DNA from: Candidatus Bathyarchaeota archaeon RBG_16_48_13
Lineage (GTDB): Archaea > Thermoproteota > Bathyarchaeia > RBG-16-48-13
Direction: 5' to 3'
Length of the DNA: 64,000 nucleotides
Assembly: GCA_001775995.1 (NCBI GenBank)
Contig: MEZH01000004.1
Span: forward strand, 72,041 to 136,040
Positions 9,403 to 18,422 of this stretch are shown piece after piece. How positions within the stretch are numbered: the stretch's first letter is position 1; each line of letters starts with the position of its first letter. The notes beneath the pieces are model-generated. The model searched no databases. It saw only the letters and a program-made list of their open reading frames with translations, and was not told the DNA's origin. Both the position numbers and the translations under genes were made by a program.

Positions 9403-9741
9403 TCAAATAGTGAGCCTCTTCACTGTAACGGTTCCATCCTCGGTTACCCTTATCTCGAATTCATCACCATAACTGTATTTCTTGGTGAGCCGCTCCCATT
9501 CCTGAATTGTCAAGTAAAGGACGAAACGGTTTGTGTATGCTCTTGCCTGAGGAAACATCCTCGGAAGCTGTTTGAGAATAGGCATAACAGCCATTACTTC
9601 TGGAGACGAGTTAGAGGGCATGGCGACGACACTAGTTTGTTGGGATTCTATGGCAAACTCTATGCTTATCAGCTCTCCACCCATGCCATCGAATGTTGGA
9701 TGTACCGCAGTAACCTTGCAACTGATCGTCGTTTCGACCAT
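9403..9741 (-). CDS. Arcadin-1-like protein
   Basis: Length 112 aa; the pattern D..G..I.I...E ... VMP..KQ.PR..P ... R..L.LT..E.E......GD..EI...G..T.K matches my recollection of Pyrobaculum arcadin-1. Not confirmed by search. Confidence 0.6.
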   Translation of the reverse strand: MVETTISCKVTAVHPTFDGMGGELISIEFAIESQQTSVVAMPSNSSPEVMAVMPILKQLPRMFPQARAYTNRFVLYLTIQEWERLTKKYSYGDEFEIRVTEDGTVTVKRLTI

Positions 9742-9794
9742 TTTCTACAACCTTTATTTTGTTCTTTGGCTCTGCTATAAGGTGGGGATGGTCA

Positions 9795-10178
9795 CTATTG
9801 GGCATTTCTTTCCTTTTTTCTACTAAGATAGTCTTGTATGGCGGCGTGTAAGCCATCAGCCGCCAGATTTGAGCAATGCATCTTCACCGGAGGCAATCCT
9901 TCCAAGGCATCGGCGACATCTTGCCTGGTGATCTCCATGGCTTCCTCCAGAGTTTTACCCCGGGCTAACTCCGTAATCATGCTACTGGTCGCTATTGCTG
10001 CTCCACAACCGAATGTCTTGAATTTAATGTCTTCTAGCCTGTTATCTTTGACTTTTATGTATATCCACATCAGGTCGCCGCATACAGGGTTGCCTACCTT
10101 CCCTATGCCATCTGCATCTTTTATCTCGCCCATGTTTCGAGGGTTTCGAAAATGATCCATAACCTTCTCGGAATACAT
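9795..10178 (-). CDS. iscU: Fe-S cluster scaffold IscU/NifU-N
   Basis: YSEKVMDHFRNPRN, GNPVCGD, FGCGAAIA and PPVKMHCS. Confidence 0.97.
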   Translation of the reverse strand: MYSEKVMDHFRNPRNMGEIKDADGIGKVGNPVCGDLMWIYIKVKDNRLEDIKFKTFGCGAAIATSSMITELARGKTLEEAMEITRQDVADALEGLPPVKMHCSNLAADGLHAAIQDYLSRKKERNAQ

Positions 10179-10360
10179 AGTCAAACTATCCTGGTCATCT
10201 TTGTGATTTGAAGATTATTTGCCTTGCTACTTTTATGTTCATCGATGAATTGGGGGGAATATATTGAGCCCCGAGAGCATTTTGGGCGTGACCGAGAAGA
10301 TGAAACAATTCTTTCTAAGCAACATGATTGTGTGTATGAATTTGTGAAAAGCGGTCGTAT

Positions 10361-11587
10361 TTATCCCTCCAAATATGATTGGGCCTCATCGGAAAAGGAC
10401 AGTTGCTCGGAGATCTTGGGTTTCTGTTCGGGATGGTTGAGCATGATGACTTTCACGACGTTCAAATAATCCTCTGTAGCGGTCCTCTTTGACACATGAT
10501 ACCTAAAACCGATCTTCTGGGCCAACTCATCCAATAAGGATCGGGTTGCCCTTGACCTTCCTAGCATGACAAACCTGCCGTGTGGAAAGTGAAAGTGATT
10601 ATTTTCTTTCGCCGAGTCTTTGGCCAAGACAATCCCTGATACCATCAGTTCTAAGGCATAGCTTAGGAGGTGCCAATCTTGGGTCTTCTTGATCTCCCCA
10701 AAACAGATGTCAGCTTTCGAGAGATAGTCGTACGCTGTAGCCAGGGCTTCTGGGTCTCGAAACCGAAAGGGTAAGTTATCATGGAGTGCCTGATATATGG
10801 ATTCGTAGTCCATGTCTGATTCATCGATAACTTTCTTCGCTTCTCGCAGGGTTTGAGCTGCAAAGATTGAATTCAGTGTCTCTGAAATGTTGGCAGGCCT
10901 GTCTCGTGCAAATAAGCCAGCTATGTTCTCTCTTCTAAGTGTGACAGCGCCGGAAGAGGTGGATTGTAGATCATTTATGGCCGATCTTACATCACCCTGA
11001 CTCATCTCAGTTATCATTTCTAACGCCCCTTCTTCAGCGTTTATCCCTTCGAGGCGACATATGTTTTTGAGAAGAGCCAGTAGAACAGGGGGGCGAACCC
11101 TTTGGAACCTTACCACCTGACAACAATGAATTAAAGGTTGAAGGGCTTCTCTCTGTGTACTGTTTGCTGCAAGGATTATTGGGACTCGGGTCACTTCCAG
11201 AATCTTCTGTATTGCTGCCATACCACCATGATCTTCTCGACCGAAAATCCCGTCAATTTCATCGACAAACAAAAGGAGACCACGGTATCCATAGAATGCT
11301 TTGTCCAAAGAGCCTTCGATTGAGGCTGGGCCCATGACGCGTGATATCTGTTTCTCGGTACGGACGTCGCTGGCGTTCATCTCGATGAGTTGATATTGAA
11401 AATCGTGGGCTGCGGCCTGGACGAGGCTAGTTTTTCCCGTTCCGGGAGGTCCCCAGAGCAGAAACCCCTCATTTCCGGGAACCCAATTCTTCAGCCATTT
11501 AACGATGGCTACTTTAGCTTCTTCATTGCCTATGATCTCACAAATGCTTTTGGGGCGGTATTTCTCCGTCCACATAACGTCCTTCAT
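10361..11587 (-). CDS. rfcL: Replication factor C large subunit
   Basis: WTEKYRP, GPPGTGKT, EMNASD and DEIDG; tandem with the small subunit. Confidence 0.95.
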   Translation of the reverse strand: MKDVMWTEKYRPKSICEIIGNEEAKVAIVKWLKNWVPGNEGFLLWGPPGTGKTSLVQAAAHDFQYQLIEMNASDVRTEKQISRVMGPASIEGSLDKAFYGYRGLLLFVDEIDGIFGREDHGGMAAIQKILEVTRVPIILAANSTQREALQPLIHCCQVVRFQRVRPPVLLALLKNICRLEGINAEEGALEMITEMSQGDVRSAINDLQSTSSGAVTLRRENIAGLFARDRPANISETLNSIFAAQTLREAKKVIDESDMDYESIYQALHDNLPFRFRDPEALATAYDYLSKADICFGEIKKTQDWHLLSYALELMVSGIVLAKDSAKENNHFHFPHGRFVMLGRSRATRSLLDELAQKIGFRYHVSKRTATEDYLNVVKVIMLNHPEQKPKISEQLSFSDEAQSYLEG

Positions 11588-11605
11588 AATAGCTGCCAGT
11601 TCCTC

Positions 11606-12583
11606 TCAGACTCTTCTGCAGAATTTCACAACTTGAGCTAGGAAAGCGCTCAATTGGATGTCTTCGTTTGCACCTTCCAGCAATCTAAAATCATATTCTC
11701 CAAGCACCCGGATCAGTTCTATTCTGACGTCTTCAGGTACATCGAGCACGAGTATTTGGCGATGGATCTGGCGAATGATCTCGCTCCCTGAGAGGCCCTT
11801 ATTGAACATGAGGCTAAACAAGGTCTCTCGGGCCCCTCGGAAGTCGCCTTCTAGGGCCTTATTGATCATTTTCTTAATGTCGCTTTTGTCGATTTCCCCT
11901 AGGAATTGATTTACGGCTCTCTCATCTACAGCTTTTTCCATCGCTGAAGCAGCCTGAAGCGTGTTTATGGCTCTTCGGAGATCACCGTTTGCGAAGGTCG
12001 TAATAGCATTCAAGCCATCATCCAAGAGCTTCACACCCTCTTTATGGGATATTTCTTGAAGATACTGTGCAACGTCATCCCTTTTCAGAGGTAAGAAACG
12101 GAAGATTGCACATCGACTTTGAATGGGTTCTATGATTTTCCCAGAGTAGTTGGCAATGAGAATGAAACGAGAATTTCTTGAACTGACCTCCATAATCCTT
12201 CTCAACGCGGTCTGAGCGTCGGAGGTCATCTGATCACATTCATCCAAGATTACCACATTTATGGAGAGCCCTGATAACCTGCCCGTCGCCATGCGGGAGA
12301 AATTCTTCACCCTTTCTCTGATCATCTGGATGCCTCTCTCATCAGAGGCGTTCAGTTCGAGGATGTTGTTTCTCCAAGTTTGTCCCAAGATCTTTTGAGC
12401 TGCACAGAGGGCAACAGTTGTTTTTCCTGTGCCTGGCGGGCCCGCGAACAGGAGATGTGGCATGGTGGAGGGAGAAACCAACAAGGCTCCTAACATCTTT
12501 ATGATGTCTTTCTGATTCACAACGTCGTCGAGAGAAGATGGCCGGTATTTTTCGGTCCACATTACTTCGTTCTCTTGAGCCAT
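11606..12583 (-). CDS. rfcS: Replication factor C small subunit
   Basis: WTEKYRP, GPPGTGKTT, LELNASDERGI, Q.ALRR.ME and SRC motifs; no intein. Confidence 0.97.
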   Translation of the reverse strand: MAQENEVMWTEKYRPSSLDDVVNQKDIIKMLGALLVSPSTMPHLLFAGPPGTGKTTVALCAAQKILGQTWRNNILELNASDERGIQMIRERVKNFSRMATGRLSGLSINVVILDECDQMTSDAQTALRRIMEVSSRNSRFILIANYSGKIIEPIQSRCAIFRFLPLKRDDVAQYLQEISHKEGVKLLDDGLNAITTFANGDLRRAINTLQAASAMEKAVDERAVNQFLGEIDKSDIKKMINKALEGDFRGARETLFSLMFNKGLSGSEIIRQIHRQILVLDVPEDVRIELIRVLGEYDFRLLEGANEDIQLSAFLAQVVKFCRRV

Positions 12584-12732
12584 GGCGGTATGACCTGTGG
12601 TGCGCTCGGCAACGAGTAACTATTCCACCAACACTATTATAAGTTATTAGAATCATGCGTTCATGCCAATTTGCATGGATGTCTGAAGTGACATGAAATG
12701 AAGATCGAGCAGCGGCAAAAGTGTGAGGAGAT

Positions 12733-13269
12733 TTAGGAGGTTATTCTTTGACCGGTCTCGACGCCAAATGGGACGTAGACGAAAGCCACTATGCAGCATC
12801 CATAACGATCTTTTGGAACGCGCATGCTGCTGACCACCGCTTTGGGGTTAACGAGCTTTACATCGCGGTCTGAAGCCATCCTCTTCATTCTCTTGTAGAG
12901 CTCTTCTTCAATGGTTTTTGCATCTTTGTAGCCATGATTCTCTGCGACAAAGCCATAGGTTGGACCCTTCTTGTTCATGCAATTGGAATAACCAACGCCA
13001 GCTCCTATGTTCTCCCCTTCATCACCATCCATTCTAGCCACAACGGCGAAGGTCAGAGTACCCGGAGTGATGCGGCAGGGTCTGACTTCTTTTGCGTCTT
13101 TAGGAATTATAGATGATATGTATATTAAGTTACATTCATCTATCTTGGCCTCGCTCAGAGCGTCATCAAATGCGTTGAGCATTGATTCTGTGCTGGTTCC
13201 TTTGCCACTGGTCACAAAGAAGGCTTGAGGCAGGAAAATGCCGTGGGTAGTACGATAATGTTTCATCAA
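12733..13269 (-). CDS. pdaD: Pyruvoyl-dependent arginine decarboxylase
   Basis: LNAFDDAL..AKI..CNLIYISSIIP with the Ser-Ser self-cleavage site. Confidence 0.9.
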   Translation of the reverse strand: MMKHYRTTHGIFLPQAFFVTSGKGTSTESMLNAFDDALSEAKIDECNLIYISSIIPKDAKEVRPCRITPGTLTFAVVARMDGDEGENIGAGVGYSNCMNKKGPTYGFVAENHGYKDAKTIEEELYKRMKRMASDRDVKLVNPKAVVSSMRVPKDRYGCCIVAFVYVPFGVETGQRITS

Positions 13270-13401
13270 ATGTCACTTAGAGAACAATGTGACATACAAT
13301 CTAAAATACTTACGTTTCTGTGAATTTGGACCCTGAATCATATTTCAAGTATATAGAATTCGGCGCTAGGTTTTGCGTATAAACCGAGAAAACGAAGTTA
13401 G

Positions 13402-13516
13402 TGGGGAGGCCGGGATTTGAACCCGGGATCACCAGCGCCCCAGGTTCCCCGCGTTTTTTGAACGCTCTGGAATCCTGTTGGCGGTCTGAACCTTGACCAA
13501 GCTAGACTACCTCCCC
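13402..13516 (-). tRNA. tRNA-Pro(GGG) with two non-canonical introns (13493-13477 in the D-loop; 13466-13445 at position 30/31)
   Basis: After removing the 17-nt and 22-nt introns, the sequence folds as GGGGAGG-TA-GTCT-loop-GGAT-T-CCAGC-CTGGGGC-GCTGG-TGATC-CCGGG-TTCAAAT-CCCGG-CCTCCCC-A; anticodon GGG at 13441-13439; CCA not encoded. Confidence 0.92.
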
Positions 13517-13540
13517 GCAGATTCGTTAAGAATTGCGGTT

Positions 13541-14311
13541 TCAGGTTTTAACGCTTTCTAAACCGAGGGCAAAAAGGATTTCTACGAAATCTCTTTGAGC
13601 CAAGGTCATTTTGTATTTCCGAAGTTTGTCGATCAAATAGGCTTTGTCAAAGGGTAGCAGCCTTCTGGTTGTCTGAGAGATTTCGCTTCCAATGAAGAGA
13701 TATTGGCACATGGAGGTGACGTTAGAGGGGTGCCGTGTTGTGCTAGCTGATTCGAAATCCAATATAACCGGTTTTCCTCGCAGGGGTATTATGAGATGCT
13801 TGTGGGCCGTGCTCATTTCACCGTGGTCGAGCCCGATAGAGTCGAGTTTTCTGCAGTCGCCCAGAATGGATCTGAAAACGGGCTTGAAACTGCATCTTGA
13901 TTCTTCAGACTGCAGCCACTCTGCTGGTCTCAACCCATCGATGAATTCCATCAAGAGAAAGTTTGCTGATTGGGCAATTAGCTTTGGGCCCACTCCTAAT
14001 TCATTTGCGTGCATCAATAACTGGGCTTCTCGATCCATGTCAGGTCGATTAGCATCTAGCCTACGTATTTTCAAAGCCACTTGTCCTAGACTAGTGTTAG
14101 CCAATAGGACTAGACTGACGCATCCCTTTCCCAGGATTTTTATTCCGTCAAGAGTTTCCGGCCCATAAGGGATAATCGCCTTGACCCCTAGTGATTCAAG
14201 CTCTTTGATTCTTGACCGGAGTGTGTCTATGTTAGGTCTTGGGTAGCAGAGAAGATGGGCTATTCTCTCTCCATTAAAATAGATGCTAGGTATTGCCTCG
14301 GTCGGATTCAA
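13541..14311 (-). CDS. Archaeal Ser/Thr protein kinase-like (RIO/Bud32-related, COG2112-type)
   Basis: LGKGCVSLV, VALKIRR, HGEMS...KH and ILDFESA kinase motifs. Confidence 0.85.
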   Translation of the reverse strand: MNPTEAIPSIYFNGERIAHLLCYPRPNIDTLRSRIKELESLGVKAIIPYGPETLDGIKILGKGCVSLVLLANTSLGQVALKIRRLDANRPDMDREAQLLMHANELGVGPKLIAQSANFLLMEFIDGLRPAEWLQSEESRCSFKPVFRSILGDCRKLDSIGLDHGEMSTAHKHLIIPLRGKPVILDFESASTTRHPSNVTSMCQYLFIGSEISQTTRRLLPFDKAYLIDKLRKYKMTLAQRDFVEILFALGLESVKT

Positions 14312-15734
14312 GCCATCTAGGCCTCCCGTACAAGAAATCTGTCAAGAAAATTGCGAAATCTCTACTGGAAGAAAGGAAATCAAGGATTTCCTCGTTCACG
14401 AAGATCTCCAAGTCCCTCATTGCAGCTTCTGCAATAAAACTACCGACACCGATATCTCGCCCTCCATTCTTCACTTTTCTCTCCAGTAGTACCCGTGCAT
14501 CCATGGATCTTCTGCGGATTTGGGCGACCCATCGGTTATCCTCTATCCAAGGCCCGGCCACCAATTCTTTTGAGCCTAGATATTTTTCAAGGAAATCCGC
14601 GGATTCCTTGATCTTAGAGATAGGAGGTCCAAGATGTTTCTTTGTCATTGACAGAAGGTTTCTCTCAAGCTCGAATACTAGAAGGCTACAATTTGCTTCG
14701 TCGCTCCATGCAGAAGATCTTAGAACTTGGAAATCGTTTTGTCTAAGGTACCTCTCGATCGATCGGAGAGTCTTGTAAAGTTGACCCCAAAGGATGTCGG
14801 ATACGACGCCCGCACCACCAATCTTTATGAATATGATATCTGTGCCTTTCCCATCCATCGTCGATATTACGCCATCGGGCCCAAATGGCTGAGTTATTCC
14901 TGGGAAAAAGAAGCGTTCACGTGGGGATTTCAGGAATATCCTCGAAGCTGCTCTGAACTCATTTAGCTTCCTTGAAGACACTGATGAGGCGACGTTTCTA
15001 CGTCTATCGACCGGATCCACCACAATAAAATTAGAGGAAAAAAACTTCTGCAGTTCATCTCCATTTCGGTAGGACTTCATGTAGTCGAGAGTAATCATCT
15101 CGCCACTTGCAGCAATGGCTTCCAGAACTTTGATGAAAGACCCATAATGGATAGTCAGAAGTTCACACAGATAACCGCTGAATCCACCCACTCTGATCTC
15201 AGCGCCATACACTCCGATGCCCTTCATGAACCTCTTTAGGAGTCGCACATCTCCCTTCAGGCTGTCTCCAAGGTTCTTCTTTATGAATTCCGTGTGGTAT
15301 GGTGTCCGATCAGTAGCGCTCATCCAATCGCTTCTCTTCGCTCTGTCGGAGGAAATTTTGTAGAAAGGAACAAGATTTATTCTCGTACCTTCAATCCGTG
15401 CTTCCAGATACGGGTGCTCCGCAAATCTCTCTTTCTGTTCATGGCCTTCTGCCACTTTTCGAGCTATCTCCAGGGCAACCTTTTCGAATCTCTTCCTTCC
15501 CACTTCAGGAGAAAAACCTATGAAAAGGTCTATGTCCACGTCACTACTCAACCATGTGTCTTTTGCCAAGGAACCTTCTAGCCGAACTGATACCTCGAGG
15601 TTGTTCTCTCTTGCCGAAGTCTCCGTCCTCTTGATCAATCTCAAGGTCAGGTCTTGAAGTCTCTGCCTCTCACCAGGCTCTGGCGTTACTTCTTTCAGGA
15701 CATGTGTGCAGATCTCTTCAAGAATGGAACTCAA
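14286..15734 (-). CDS. cca: Class I CCA-adding enzyme
   Basis: GSLAKDTWLSSDVDIDLF, FAEHPY, DRTPYH and GGFSGYLCELL. Confidence 0.96.
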   Translation of the reverse strand: MSSILEEICTHVLKEVTPEPGERQRLQDLTLRLIKRTETSARENNLEVSVRLEGSLAKDTWLSSDVDIDLFIGFSPEVGRKRFEKVALEIARKVAEGHEQKERFAEHPYLEARIEGTRINLVPFYKISSDRAKRSDWMSATDRTPYHTEFIKKNLGDSLKGDVRLLKRFMKGIGVYGAEIRVGGFSGYLCELLTIHYGSFIKVLEAIAASGEMITLDYMKSYRNGDELQKFFSSNFIVVDPVDRRRNVASSVSSRKLNEFRAASRIFLKSPRERFFFPGITQPFGPDGVISTMDGKGTDIIFIKIGGAGVVSDILWGQLYKTLRSIERYLRQNDFQVLRSSAWSDEANCSLLVFELERNLLSMTKKHLGPPISKIKESADFLEKYLGSKELVAGPWIEDNRWVAQIRRRSMDARVLLERKVKNGGRDIGVGSFIAEAAMRDLEIFVNEEILDFLSSSRDFAIFLTDFLYGRPRWLESDRGNT

Positions 15735-16297
15735 ACAGCTACCTCGCGTAGGGTGCTGTAGATGGGACCGCTTGGAGTCAGAACACTCTTTTTCAGCTTT
15801 AAGCTATTCACCCTAATGGATCCGAATTCGAGACCAACAAGATCGTCTATCTTGTGAACTAATACGTCTTTGTTCTTCGCCGATTTGACTCTAATTATTG
15901 TAAGGTGAGCGCTAAATTTCCTATTCTCAGGCGGAAAGCCGAGGTTCTTCAATCCAGTTTCAAGACTCTCTGCGATTCTGGATAATTCTTCAAAGCCATT
16001 CGTTATTCCAATCCATACAACATTCATCCTCGAGAGGCTTGGAAAGACTCCTACATTTTTGAGCCCCACGTCGAACGCTTTGACATAAACGTTCTTCATC
16101 ACATCGTGAACATCATCTATCATAGAGGATCGAATGTCGCCAAGGAATTTCATCGTGATATGGATATTCTGAGGTTCCACTATTTTGAGGTCAGCACCAG
16201 TGGCTTGGAGTAACCCTTGAACCTCGGTGATTCCTCGGAGAATGTTGGGCTCCGAGATGTCGAAGGCTATGAAGCTTCTATTGATCTCGCTGGCCAA
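15731..16297 (-). CDS. thpR: RNA 2',3'-cyclic phosphodiesterase (2H family)
   Basis: Two HxT motifs (NIHITMKF, AHLTIIR) and C-terminal LTPSGPIY; probable TTG start 16297. Confidence 0.93.
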   Translation of the reverse strand: MASEINRSFIAFDISEPNILRGITEVQGLLQATGADLKIVEPQNIHITMKFLGDIRSSMIDDVHDVMKNVYVKAFDVGLKNVGVFPSLSRMNVVWIGITNGFEELSRIAESLETGLKNLGFPPENRKFSAHLTIIRVKSAKNKDVLVHKIDDLVGLEFGSIRVNSLKLKKSVLTPSGPIYSTLREVAV

Positions 16298-16498
16298 TAT
16301 TTCCACTTCCAAAAGGATGACCAAATATACGAACAATTAGCTGAGATGAAGCTGGATAAATACCATTATAAACATATTTTGTGTTTTATATGGAGACAAG
16401 CTCCAATTAGGGATTTCTCACAGCCACGAAATAGAGCACATTAGGATGGAGATGAATAGGAAGAGCTGATGACAAGTAAGAAAAGGACGGACACATCA

Positions 16499-17062
16499 AT
16501 GGAAGAGAAAAAGATCATCGGTATCACCGGCATGCCAGGTGCAGGTAAGGGATCTGCAATGGAGACAGCAAAGAAAGCGGGCTACCCTGTCGTTGTGATG
16601 GGGGACCTCATAAGAGAGGAAACTGAAAAGAGAGGCCTAAGTCAGACGCCTGACAATTTGGGCAGAATCATGCTAAAGATCAGAGAAGAAGGAGGACCGG
16701 GCGTTGTGGCAAAGAGATGCCTCCTCAAGATAAGAGATTCGATCGGACAGACGGTAATAGTAGAAGGTATTAGAGGTCTAGCAGAAGTTAATGAGCTGAA
16801 AGAGCACTTTCCAGATATGTTTTTAGTTGCCATTCATGCGTCGCCCAAGAAAAGGGCTCAGCGTTTACGTCGTCGCGGCAGAAGCGATGATCCGAAAACA
16901 TGGGAAGAATTCCAGAAAAGGGACTTGAGGGAACTTGTAGTGGGAGTGGGTTCCGCAGTAGCCATATCTGACCATATCATTATCAACGAAGGAACACCTA
17001 AGCAGCTAGATCGTAATGTGTCGAAAATGTTAAAGAAGGTAGAAAAGCGCTGGAAGATGTAA
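16499..17062 (+). CDS. Archaeal dephospho-CoA kinase-like NMP kinase (COG0237)
   Basis: GMPGAGKG, VMGDLIREE, EGIRG..EV and RGRSDD..F..RD.REL. Confidence 0.88.
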   Translation: MEEKKIIGITGMPGAGKGSAMETAKKAGYPVVVMGDLIREETEKRGLSQTPDNLGRIMLKIREEGGPGVVAKRCLLKIRDSIGQTVIVEGIRGLAEVNELKEHFPDMFLVAIHASPKKRAQRLRRRGRSDDPKTWEEFQKRDLRELVVGVGSAVAISDHIIINEGTPKQLDRNVSKMLKKVEKRWKM

Positions 17063-17460
17063 TTGTCAGGATAGAAACAGACGTAAATCCCACAGAAGAC
17101 CTCGAAAAGGTGAAGAAAGCTCTCTCAATTATCACGCCTGACCAAAACCTCGAGGAAGTGAAAAAGGGCTATAAATCATTCATAGGACTTGAGAAGAAGG
17201 GGATTGCAGCATTAGCCCAGCTGTTTAGTAGGCTCCGGGATGAGATGATTCTCGATGCAGCCAGGAAAGCCTTGTTCTCTTCGACAAAGGAGAATGTCAT
17301 TAGTTTTCACTTGAATAAGCAAGCTGCCTTTGCAGGACGCATCTCTTTCTGTAAACCGACTGGCGAGTCGCCCCTAGGTCCCATAAGTGTTCATATAAGA
17401 TGCACGGATCCAGAGGCATTAATAGAATGGCTAGCGCCAAGCACATCCAGGAAGCAATAA
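17050..17460 (+). CDS. Predicted RNA-binding protein (COG1931/DUF54); appears to need a non-canonical start
   Basis: ILDAARKAL and LNKQAAFAGRISFC...ESPLGPI. The conserved VNPTED.EKV motif lies upstream of the first canonical start (GTG 17110). Confidence 0.85.
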   Translation: MEDVIVRIETDVNPTEDLEKVKKALSIITPDQNLEEVKKGYKSFIGLEKKGIAALAQLFSRLRDEMILDAARKALFSSTKENVISFHLNKQAAFAGRISFCKPTGESPLGPISVHIRCTDPEALIEWLAPSTSRKQ

Positions 17461-17465
17461 AGTTG

Positions 17466-18383
17466 TTACGTCTTTTTGTAGGATATATTTAAGGTCATGA
17501 AATCTTCAGCGACAAAGACGTTAGTAAAGAATTGTTTAGCTTCTTCTAAGAGAATCTTAGGATTAACATAGCGGGCGCTTAGATGAAAAAGGGCCAAAAA
17601 ACTGACTTTCGACTGTTCTGCAATTTGGGCTGCTTGGCTGGCCGTTGAGTGACCTTCTTCGGATGCTTTTTCTTGCAGATCGTCGCCAAAGGTGGAGTCG
17701 TGAACAAGAAGATCAGCCCCTTGGGCAAATTTCGCGAGCCTTGCGGAAGGCTTTGTGTCTCCTGAGTAGACGATTTTTCGCCCCGGTCTTCTTGGATCTG
17801 TCACCTCTTTAGGGGTCACTATTCTGCCTCCTTCGAGGGCTATCGGCTCATTGTATTGAAGTTGAGACCATTTAGGTCCCTTTGGAATACCCAAAGCCAT
17901 GGCTTTCTCGGGATGAAACCTGCCTGGCCTTTCTTTTTCAAAAAGTCCATACGCGAGGGCAGGTATTGAATGCTCCGCCTGTGCACATCTAATAGAATAA
18001 TCTCGTGTCTCGTAGAGTGATCGACCATCCCTGATTTCTTCTACTATTACAGGAAAGGTCAGACCGAATTGGACTGTCTTCTTGAATGCTTCTATGAATT
18101 TTTGGAGACCTGGGGGGCCAAAAACCTCCAAGGGTTCTTCCCGCCCCAATAGTGACATTGTTTGAAAGAGACCGGGGAGACCAAGGACGTGGTCACCATG
18201 CATATGAGTAATGAAGATCTTAGTTTTTCTACCGAACCCGACCCTAGCTATGAACATCTGCCTCTGGGTCCCTTCGCCACAATCGAAAAGGAAAAGCTCA
18301 GATTGACGTAGGATGGCCATGCTTGGCAAATTTCTATTGGCCGTCGGGATGCTCCCCGAGGTTCCTAAGAAGGTGACCAACAT
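17466..18383 (-). CDS. rnz: Ribonuclease Z
   Basis: FLGTSGSIPT, FDCGEGTQ, THMHGDH, YSGDT, HDSTF and GHST. Confidence 0.96.
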   Translation of the reverse strand: MLVTFLGTSGSIPTANRNLPSMAILRQSELFLFDCGEGTQRQMFIARVGFGRKTKIFITHMHGDHVLGLPGLFQTMSLLGREEPLEVFGPPGLQKFIEAFKKTVQFGLTFPVIVEEIRDGRSLYETRDYSIRCAQAEHSIPALAYGLFEKERPGRFHPEKAMALGIPKGPKWSQLQYNEPIALEGGRIVTPKEVTDPRRPGRKIVYSGDTKPSARLAKFAQGADLLVHDSTFGDDLQEKASEEGHSTASQAAQIAEQSKVSFLALFHLSARYVNPKILLEEAKQFFTNVFVAEDFMTLNISYKKT

Positions 18384-18422
18384 TGTTCATGACACCGAAT
18401 ACATTTTGTCGAGTTTCTCTAA

